The position numbers and the translations under genes were made by a program. Below the pieces are notes generated by a model. The model was not told the origin of the DNA and did no database searches. It saw only the letters and a list, made by a program, of their open reading frames with translations. 64,000 nucleotides of DNA from a virus (taxonomy: Duplodnaviria > Caudoviricetes): IMG/VR virus record IMGVR_UViG_3300020598_000119. One strand, given 5' to 3'. Positions 10,504 to 19,595 of this stretch are shown in pieces. Positions within the stretch are counted from its first letter, which is position 1, and each line of letters opens with the position of its first letter.

Positions 10504-10540
10504 TCCTTCTATTTAATTCGTGTCCGGCACTTTCTCTCCT

Positions 10541-11143
10541 TTAAAAGAGAGAGGGCATCGGTCCAGAGCGATCTGCAGAGGCGGGGGCAGAGATCGCAAC
10601 GCGCTCGACCTCAAGATCGACAGCAACCTTGGCTGGCGTCTGTTCAACGAACTGAACACTTTCAGTGCGCAACCTTTCTGCTGCAAAACTAACAGCTTCT
10701 CCGGCCTCATGCTGCCCTGTGCCAAATTCGGCGAAATCGGGTTCTTCAATTCCCAATTCTGGGGACTTTGCGACCAACGCCTCAGCAAGAGCTGCCTCAA
10801 CAGCAGCATCAACAAGTTGGTCGACCTGTGCTTCCGTCGAGAAAAGCGGGTCAACCATCTTGAACAGCCGGGTGTTAATACGAACGTTCTGGTTCAGCGA
10901 CTTATTCATCACCTTTTCGGCAATGATTACGCCGTCTAGAACAGCAGATTCGTCTGCGTAGAACGTGGTTGCCTGCGCGTAGCCATCGAACTGACCTTTT
11001 ACGTAGATCTCTTCAGCGATGACATGACCATCGAACTTAATGCCGAGCGGCACCAAGAGCTTCTTGCAAACAATCGAGCCATTAAAGTCTTCCTTCAGAC
11101 TGATCTGTTTGTTTTGATCACGGATCATTTTTTCTAGACTCAT
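10541..11143 (-). CDS. bactofilin-like (polymer-forming cytoskeletal) protein
   Basis: Beta-helical repeats FNGSIVC/FDGHVIA/FDGYAQA/LDGVIIA followed by an acidic tail. Confidence 0.7.
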   Translation of the reverse strand: MSLEKMIRDQNKQISLKEDFNGSIVCKKLLVPLGIKFDGHVIAEEIYVKGQFDGYAQATTFYADESAVLDGVIIAEKVMNKSLNQNVRINTRLFKMVDPLFSTEAQVDQLVDAAVEAALAEALVAKSPELGIEEPDFAEFGTGQHEAGEAVSFAAERLRTESVQFVEQTPAKVAVDLEVERVAISAPASADRSGPMPSLF

Positions 11144-11179
11144 AAAAATCCCCATAAAAGGCGGCAAAAATCTGCATAA

Positions 11180-11208
11180 ATTGTATTTGGCACGTCTATT
11201 TGTGTCAA
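11180..11208 (-). promoter_or_regulatory. sigma70-type promoter for the bactofilin-gyrA operon
   Basis: TTGACA-N17-TACAAT on the minus strand. Confidence 0.75.
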
Positions 11209-11379
11209 CAATGTTGAACGAAATAAACCTTATTTAATGGAAAATTATTTGAGCGACGTCGATATTCGGAGAAACTATGAATCAGCGCTCGGAACCAGGG
11301 CATAAAAGGAGTGAAATCGACATACAAATACGACGGCAGCACAGCCTAAGTTACCTCCAGAGACTGTGCTTTAAAGCTG

Positions 11380-11727
11380 TCAGGCTATGCGGGTTGCTTT
11401 CTCGTGGTTCTTAACAGCGCCCTTCATGCTCTCAGGGTATTCCAAGACTATTTCGACCTTCTTATCCATCATTCGGGGAGATCGAACTATAATCGTCGGC
11501 CGTTCGTTATTTGGGCCTACCATATCAGCATACTTGGCTCGATACTTCTTGGCTTGGCCTTCAAGGAGGCGGCGGGCTACCCGATTGACCTGAGACAGAT
11601 CAAGTTTCTTTCCCCCGACCTCAAATCGGACCTGAATTTCCGAGTCATCAGCTTCCACCGGAACGACAGTTTCCGCAGCAACTCCGACGTCTTCATGCTC
11701 TACGTTATGGATAGCATTATCAGACAT
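11380..11727 (-). CDS. hypothetical protein (115 aa)
   Basis: AAGGA RBS, clean ORF. Confidence 0.7.
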   Translation of the reverse strand: MSDNAIHNVEHEDVGVAAETVVPVEADDSEIQVRFEVGGKKLDLSQVNRVARRLLEGQAKKYRAKYADMVGPNNERPTIIVRSPRMMDKKVEIVLEYPESMKGAVKNHEKATRIA

Positions 11728-11830
11728 GGATTTATCCTTCTTTTATTGCACATATTGATGATGAAGGATTTTCGACATCTGGCAAGCAGACCAATAACAA
11801 AATGTCAGGAAAGATGAATGTTATTCAGCG

Positions 11831-11866
11831 AAATGGCCCCTCGATTTTCACCGAGAGGCCATTTTT
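11831..11866. terminator. hairpin terminator after gyrB
   Basis: AAATGGCC.CTCG/CGAG.GGCCATTT inverted repeat. Confidence 0.65.
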
Positions 11867-11889
11867 ATAAAACTGGTGGATATTAGAGA

Positions 11890-14376
<2,487 letters not shown>

Positions 14377-14391
14377 TTAAATATCCCAGAT

Positions 14392-14420
14392 ATTGTGACG
14401 ATAATAATGTGAGGCGTCAA
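14392..14420 (-). promoter_or_regulatory. putative gyrB promoter
   Basis: TTGACG-N17-CACAAT on the minus strand. Confidence 0.6.
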
Positions 14421-14478
14421 CAATATTGCAGGAAAAATGCGGCTGCGATTTATTTAAATGAAATCGAAAAAATATCGT

Positions 14479-14507
14479 TTGACAAGTGCTAGCCGACCAT
14501 TCATAAA
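14479..14507 (+). promoter_or_regulatory. putative promoter of the leader-tRNA operon
   Basis: TTGACA-N17-CATAAA preceded by an A/T-rich UP-like tract. Confidence 0.65.
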
Positions 14508-14558
14508 GGGGACAAGCGATTGGGCGGATGCCCGTCCATTCAACTTTGAGAGAGTACA

Positions 14559-14633
14559 ATGCGCAACACGAGAACGACATGGACATGTTGGAGAACCTAC
14601 AGGGGCTTCCCTGGAGGCGGAGACGTCTGTTGA
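14559..14633 (+). CDS. leader peptide MRNTRTTWTCWRTYRGFPGGGDVC (putative attenuator of the tRNA array)
   Basis: GAGAGAG RBS. Codons 4-12 are ACG AGA ACG ACA TGG ACA TGT TGG AGA, codon 15 is AGG and codon 24 is TGT, all cognate to downstream tRNAs. Followed by a terminator. Confidence 0.85.
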   Translation: MRNTRTTWTCWRTYRGFPGGGDVC

Positions 14634-14661
14634 CTCGTTGAGCGCAGTTACCGCAACCAAG

Positions 14662-14694
14662 AAGCCTCGAATGAAAATTCGGGGCTTTTATTTT
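14662..14694 (+). terminator. attenuator terminator upstream of the first tRNA
   Basis: 11-bp stem AAGCCTCGAAT-GAAA-ATTCGGGGCTT followed by TTATTTT, 16 nt before tRNA-Trp. Confidence 0.88.
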
Positions 14695-14710
14695 GTCTGG
14701 AATTCAGTTT

Positions 14711-14785
14711 AGGGGTGTAGCCAAGTGGTTAAGGCAGCGGTCTCCAAAACCGCCATCGGGGGTTCGAGTCCCTCCACCCCTGCCA
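14711..14785 (+). tRNA. tRNA-Trp (CCA)
   Basis: AGGGGTG/CACCCCT acceptor stem, GCGGT-CTCCAAA-ACCGC anticodon arm, GGTTCGAGTCC T arm, G73, encoded CCA. Confidence 0.96.
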
Positions 14786-14797
14786 CCGAAAGATAAG

Positions 14798-14965
14798 ATG
14801 ATGGTAAATAGACTTTTGGAGTTGATGCTTGAAGGAGAAACAGATAACAGTATTCTTCAGGATGCGTGGGATAAAATGCAGGAGCAAAAGAGGCTTGCCC
14901 TAGAGGAAATTGGTCAGAGAATACAGAATGGAGAGCCTCTCACTGTTGAGTTTGACTTGGATTGA
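14798..14965 (+). CDS. small acidic hypothetical protein (55 aa) inside the tRNA array
   Basis: ORF fills the Trp-Thr spacer almost exactly; RBS is weak. Confidence 0.55.
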   Translation: MMVNRLLELMLEGETDNSILQDAWDKMQEQKRLALEEIGQRIQNGEPLTVEFDLD

Positions 14966-14978
14966 TACAAGTAATTCT

Positions 14979-15054
14979 GCCAAATTAGCTCAGTTGGTAG
15001 AGCAGCGCTTTCGTAAAGCGAAGGTCGGGAGTTCGAGTCTCTTATTTGGCACCA
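14979..15054 (+). tRNA. tRNA-Thr (CGT)
   Basis: GCCAAAT/ATTTGGC acceptor stem, CGCT-TTCGTAA-AGCG, GTTCGAGTC, CCA. Confidence 0.95.
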
Positions 15055-15056
15055 GA

Positions 15057-15166
15057 GGTCCGCTATAAAATGCGGATTCCGCGCAGCCTAATTAGTTGCG
15101 CCATGGCTTTTCGGGCGGTTGAGCCGGATAATCAACTGCCCCGCGAATATAAGCGTCGTGAGACGC
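15057..15166 (+). ncRNA. putative structured RNA (four hairpins) between two tRNA-Thr genes
   Basis: Stems TCCGC/GCGGA, GCGCAGC/GTTGCGC, GGGCGGTTGA/TCAACTGCCC and GCGTC-GTGA-GACGC. Confidence 0.45.
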
Positions 15167-15171
15167 GATGT

Positions 15172-15247
15172 GCCGTTGTAGCTCAGCTGGTAGAGCGCCT
15201 GATTTGTAATCAGGATGTCACGGGTTCGATCCCTGTCGGCGGCACCA
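15172..15247 (+). tRNA. tRNA-Thr (TGT)
   Basis: GCCGTTG/CGGCGGC acceptor stem, CCTGA-TTTGTAA-TCAGG, GGTTCGATCCC, CCA. Confidence 0.96.
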
Positions 15248-15326
15248 TAAAATCTGGCGTGCGGTTGTTAAAGGATTAAAAGCCTTTCCCCGCCAGTAGG
15301 AATAAAACTGGTAGCAATGCCAGTAC

Positions 15327-15400
15327 GGCCTGGTGGCGGAGTGGTTACGCGGCGGACTGCAAATCCGCTTACCCGAGTTCGATTCTCGGTCAGGCCTCCA
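15327..15400 (+). tRNA. tRNA-Cys (GCA)
   Basis: GGCCTGG/TCAGGCC acceptor stem, GCGGA-CTGCAAA-TCCGC, U73, CCA. Confidence 0.96.
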
Positions 15401-15430
15401 AATAAATATCTAGTGCATCTGATGCACTTT

Positions 15431-15506
15431 GGTCCCGTAGCTCAGTGGAAAGAGCAGGAGCCTTCTAAGCTCAAGGTCGTAGGTTCGAATCCTACCGGGA
15501 TCGCCA
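15431..15506 (+). tRNA. tRNA-Arg (TCT)
   Basis: GGTCCCG/CGGGATC acceptor stem, GAGC-CTTCTAA-GCTC, A20 identity base, CCA. Confidence 0.95.
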
Positions 15507-15536
15507 CCGTTCATACTTTGGGAAATCCAAAGTATT

Positions 15537-15611
15537 GTCTCCGTAGCTCAGTGGAAGAGCAATTTCCTCCTAAGAAATAGGTCGCAGGTTCGAATCCTGC
15601 CGGAGACGCCA
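15537..15611 (+). tRNA. tRNA-Arg (CCT)
   Basis: GTCTCCG/CGGAGAC acceptor stem, ATTTC-CTCCTAA-GAAAT, GGTTCGAATCC, CCA. Confidence 0.96.
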
Positions 15612-15778
15612 TCAAAATCGTGTCGTGATCGCTCATAATCTCGAAGCCATCGATGCGATCATCGAGCACAGCAAGATCAGGGCGTACGGAGCCTCTGACT
15701 ACCGCCTTAAGCTCGTTCACGATCACGAAGCAAGGCAACCCTATGACCTCGTCATTCATCAGCAGCGTTTCCTGCAGG

Positions 15779-16903
15779 TTAAGTCCCTTCTATCCAGTCG
15801 GAAAAATCTTTGACCAATGGCTCCAACAGCGGCGCGACGTCCATTTTCGAGGCCATCGATTTGTATGCAGGAACCTCCAGCAACGCACGATGGCCAACTT
15901 CTGCGCCGATCAGGTTGCCAAGAACCGCTGCAGTGGAGTCGCTATCTCCCGAATGGTTCACAGCAATTTCGAATTTTCGCTCCAAGGGCACGTCTGCAAG
16001 GGCGGCCAAAATAGCAATGGCAAGGCATTCATGTCCTACCCACCCGCCACCGAGCACCTCAACGTGTTCAGGAGCGATATCAGAGATCGGGGCGATCTTC
16101 ATTACCGAAAGAATGAGCGTTCGCATCAGGCCAGCGTTCTCTACGCCCCTAAGGTATTCCTCAAGCCCAAAGACAGCTGCCTTCAGGCTTTCCCCCTGAG
16201 CGAGCCTATTGACCAGCCAACTTAGCGCCCCAGCAGGAATATAGCCCATTGGGTGCCCATGGGTCATAGCGGCCGCCTTGGCTCCGAGCATGAAACAGTG
16301 CGCGGGATCGGAAAGATTCAGGAAACCTATGGGGGCAACCCGCATGACGCCTCCGCACCCCATGGAGTCGTTTAGCGGGCGCTCAATGGTGCCGATAGCA
16401 CCAGCCTTGCAGGCCGACAGGCAGGTCATTCCAGGTGCTCTGTTGACCCTCATCAAATGGGAATGCCCTAACCGCCCAACAGGCACCTGCGAAGGGTTAG
16501 ATTGTTGGGTTATATACCAGTCCAGATAGGCGTCACGAATACAATCCAATGAGCGCTCTGCTGTGAGGCGATCTCCCCATCGTTGATGAGCCACCAAAAG
16601 GCCCTCCGCAGTAAACATGGTCATTTGCGTGTCGTCACTAACCAGACAACGCTCCCAGGTTGGGAACACGAGTGAAATCGCACGCATAGAGACACCACTC
16701 GGGCCAAATTTTTCCCGAATGGTAGAAATGGAATCAAACTCAACAGCGTAACCAAGCGCATCACCAACCGCCCCCGCATAAAGGCAACCGTAAATCCGGT
16801 CATTCAATGAAAGAGGATGAGGTAGTGCGGCCTCATCCTGCGGAGCAACTTCAATGCTGTCATCTTTCTTGGACAGGAAGATTGATTTCAGTTTTTTGAT
16901 CAC
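15779..16903 (-). CDS. ADP-ribosylglycohydrolase (DraG/ARH family)
   Basis: GDALG..VEF, SDDTQMT, GCGGVMR, THGHP and GDSDST motifs; GGAGG RBS before GTG 16903. Confidence 0.92.
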   Translation of the reverse strand: MIKKLKSIFLSKKDDSIEVAPQDEAALPHPLSLNDRIYGCLYAGAVGDALGYAVEFDSISTIREKFGPSGVSMRAISLVFPTWERCLVSDDTQMTMFTAEGLLVAHQRWGDRLTAERSLDCIRDAYLDWYITQQSNPSQVPVGRLGHSHLMRVNRAPGMTCLSACKAGAIGTIERPLNDSMGCGGVMRVAPIGFLNLSDPAHCFMLGAKAAAMTHGHPMGYIPAGALSWLVNRLAQGESLKAAVFGLEEYLRGVENAGLMRTLILSVMKIAPISDIAPEHVEVLGGGWVGHECLAIAILAALADVPLERKFEIAVNHSGDSDSTAAVLGNLIGAEVGHRALLEVPAYKSMASKMDVAPLLEPLVKDFSDWIEGT

Positions 16904-17047
16904 GTGACGCCTCCGATCGTGCGTCAATTTTTACAGATTATTTCAGATGGATCAAATTGCTCATTGAACTATCTGAACAAATATGAGAAAGGAATTAGGT
17001 CTCCGTATTGCTGCGGCTGCTGAACCCATCAATTCTGGAGAACTATC

Positions 17048-18493
17048 ATGAAAATCACTGGCACTTTGCCTGCGAACAGTCGCGTCCGTGTTTCCGGTCA
17101 CGACGTTCACACTATCACTTCGTATAACGAGCCTGAACGACACAAGAGGCTGGCGCTTGATGATCTGTCGAATGCCATTCCGACGCATGATGCGTTTGAA
17201 CAAGCCGCAGCGGCAGTCAAAAGGATTGTGACCACACCGGACTTTCACGCTGGCAAGCCAGTTCCGGTCGGCGTAACCATGTCCATTGAAGGCGCTGCGA
17301 TGCCACATGTCATCGGCAATGACATTGGATGCGGCATGCGAATGGTCGTACTTAACGACGTCACCGAGGACGATCTGGCCGTCAGCGCGCTGGATGGCCA
17401 TTTGCGTCATGTCCATTTCCAAGGCAGTAGAAACATTGCGCTCTCTGGAAGACAGCGCCACGCAATCCTCAAGGAAGGCATCCCAGGGCTGCTGGAAGCG
17501 CTGGCCGGGGACGCGAAGGGGCTATTGGGCAACCTAGAACTAACAGCCGCGTGGAGAGACGTCAGCAGGACCTGTGATGATGGCTTCTTTCCGTCTGTAG
17601 ACATCGATAACGGCTTTCTCGAATACGGAAACCTCACTGACGGATACCGTTACGATGCCATCCTAGGCTCAATCGGTGGAGGAAATCACTTCGTCGAACT
17701 CGGTGTCATCGACAAAATCGTAGACAGCACGTTCGCTATGGCTGCTGGCGTAAAAGCTGGTGCCGTCGTCATGGTCGTTCACTCTGGCTCCCTCGATTTT
17801 GGCCAATATGTCGGCTCAACGACGAAAGGAAGAATGCGAGGACTGGCCAGACATGGCGATCAGCGCATCCTTTCTGCAGAGCACCACACAGACGAGCTAC
17901 AGCGCTTCCTCAACGGCCAAGCTAACGCGGTTAATATCGCTTTTGCAAACCGCTTTCTGATCGGCCTAGCGACCATCCATGCGGTCGAGAAGGCACTGGG
18001 GAAGCGAGTGGACGCAAGATTGATCTATGACGCTCCTCACAACGTCATCTGGTCAGATGGTAACACTTACATGCATCGAAAGGGGTCATGTCCAGCACGA
18101 GGCCAAGGCTTCCAGCATGGTTCGCCTTACGAGTGGCTCGGAGAACCCGTCATCCTGCCAGGCTCCATGGGAGACGGAACATGGCTACTAAGAGGGCTTG
18201 GCAATGAGGAGACGCTAAAGTCTGCAGCTCATGGAGCGGGACGACGCCTATCGCGCCAAGAAGCACGAGCCGAGGCCAATCATCCTGCTGACCTCCAGGT
18301 GATTACACCCATCGATCTCAATGCTCCTGAGGTGCGTTGCAGAGCGGATATCGTTCGTGAAATCGTCGGCCGATTGAAGGAAGAATCTCCTGATGCTTAT
18401 CGGCCAATCGAAAATGTTGTCGCTCCAATGGAGGACACTGGAATGGTCAACAAGGTTGCCAAAGTGCGTCCGGTCATCACCGTCAAAGGATGA
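17048..18493 (+). CDS. rtcB: RtcB family RNA 2',3'-cyclic phosphate/5'-OH ligase
   Basis: PDFHAG, NDIGCGM, GGNHFVE, HSGS, PHN, HRKG, PGSMG, SAAHGAGR and EESPDAY motifs. Confidence 0.93.
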   Translation: MKITGTLPANSRVRVSGHDVHTITSYNEPERHKRLALDDLSNAIPTHDAFEQAAAAVKRIVTTPDFHAGKPVPVGVTMSIEGAAMPHVIGNDIGCGMRMVVLNDVTEDDLAVSALDGHLRHVHFQGSRNIALSGRQRHAILKEGIPGLLEALAGDAKGLLGNLELTAAWRDVSRTCDDGFFPSVDIDNGFLEYGNLTDGYRYDAILGSIGGGNHFVELGVIDKIVDSTFAMAAGVKAGAVVMVVHSGSLDFGQYVGSTTKGRMRGLARHGDQRILSAEHHTDELQRFLNGQANAVNIAFANRFLIGLATIHAVEKALGKRVDARLIYDAPHNVIWSDGNTYMHRKGSCPARGQGFQHGSPYEWLGEPVILPGSMGDGTWLLRGLGNEETLKSAAHGAGRRLSRQEARAEANHPADLQVITPIDLNAPEVRCRADIVREIVGRLKEESPDAYRPIENVVAPMEDTGMVNKVAKVRPVITVKG

Positions 18494-18795
18494 CAACTTG
18501 TCGCACCCTTGCTCTGCCTTGAAAACATTGGATTTTCGGATTCGCGTCGAGAAAAAATCGAGCCAAAAATATACACAAAACCTGATTTATATCGAGCGAG
18601 TCCACCAATGTAGCTTTTCACGCGTGCGGACACTTCCTTTGTGACATGCGTCGGCGGGTATACCATAGATAGTATGTGAGGCCTTCGTAGGGAAAGGATA
18701 AATTGTCGAAGGAATTTATGTAGGAATAATTCATTGTGGGCAACAGATTTTGCTGCCAATAATGACTTTCCTTTCGGAATTACCCCGTATATTCT

Positions 18796-18811
18796 CAACA
18801 AGATATAGAGA
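18796..18811 (+). promoter_or_regulatory. possible NrdR box upstream of nrdH
   Basis: caaCAAGATATAGaga fits the CwAtATaTwG core; a weaker match ataCCATAGATAGtat lies at 18660-18675. Confidence 0.4.
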
Positions 18812-18948
18812 ATGCGTGATCTTTCCGAGATCATAAATTTCCCAAAAGACACGGGCACGAAAAACTTGGGTGCAAACCCTTGTTTGCAAAGCCTTTGTCT
18901 GCGAGCGCCTCAGGGTCAAAAATAAAACCAGATAGAAGGAAGAATGAA

Positions 18949-19173
18949 ATGCAAATTACCGTTTATAGCAAGCCAGCCTGCCCTCAGTGCTCCGCAACCA
19001 CCCGCGCTCTCGACAAGAAGGGGGTTGAATATGCCGTCGTCGACGTTTCGAAGGATCAGGACGCCTACGCACTCGTAACTGGTCTAGGCTATCGTCAGGC
19101 TCCAGTCGTCGTCGCTGGCGAAACCCATTGGGCTGGTTTCCGCCCGGACATGATCAGCTCGCTTGCCGCTTAA
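18949..19173 (+). CDS. nrdH: NrdH redoxin
   Basis: [12 protein letters not shown]...QAPVV...WAGFRPD. Confidence 0.95.
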   Translation: MQITVYSKPACPQCSATTRALDKKGVEYAVVDVSKDQDAYALVTGLGYRQAPVVVAGETHWAGFRPDMISSLAA

Positions 19174-19184
19174 AGGGCTGCGCG

Positions 19185-19580
19185 ATGAGTATGCTCGTTT
19201 ATTTTTCAACAAAATCCGAATATACCCATCGCTTTATTCAGAAGCTCGGTATTGAAAATTCCCGCATACCGATCAATTCGAAAGAATTCCTGATCGCTGA
19301 AAAACCTTTTGTGCTGGTCGTCCCCACCTACTGCGATACCGCAGGTAAAGGGGCCGTCCCACAACAGGTTTTGAATTTTCTGGACCATGAAGAGAATCGC
19401 AGGAATATACGCGGTGTAATTGCTGCAGGAAATACGAATTTCGGTGCTCAATATGCAATTGCAGGAAACGTGATTAAGAGGGATTATGGTGTCCCCTTCC
19501 TTTATCGTTTTGAATTGATGGGCACGACTGAGGATGTGGCCAATGTCCAGAACGGCCTCGAAAGCTTCTGGAAGCGTTAA
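19185..19580 (+). CDS. nrdI: NrdI flavodoxin-like protein
   Basis: [21 protein letters not shown] and FELMGT motifs. Confidence 0.95.
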   Translation: MSMLVYFSTKSEYTHRFIQKLGIENSRIPINSKEFLIAEKPFVLVVPTYCDTAGKGAVPQQVLNFLDHEENRRNIRGVIAAGNTNFGAQYAIAGNVIKRDYGVPFLYRFELMGTTEDVANVQNGLESFWKR

Positions 19581-19595
19581 GTTTAGGAGAATGTA

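Noticed and set aside
14514-14694. T-box or metabolite riboswitch as the explanation for the tRNA leader
   Set aside because: No T-box UGGNACC bulge or known aptamer consensus was seen; the RBS-ORF-terminator layout fits ribosome-mediated attenuation better.
14377-14712. Track ORFs 14458-14712 (+), 14377-14586 (-) and 14454-14660 (-)
   Set aside because: They overlap the promoter and terminator and lack an RBS; the supported ORF is the short leader in another frame.
15046-15580. ORFs 15046-15279 and 15317-15580 (also 49376-49624)
   Set aside because: They are read-throughs of tRNA genes.
18494-18948. Cobalamin riboswitch upstream of nrdH
   Set aside because: No B12-box or GGGAA...GCCACTG core was found; only possible NrdR boxes.
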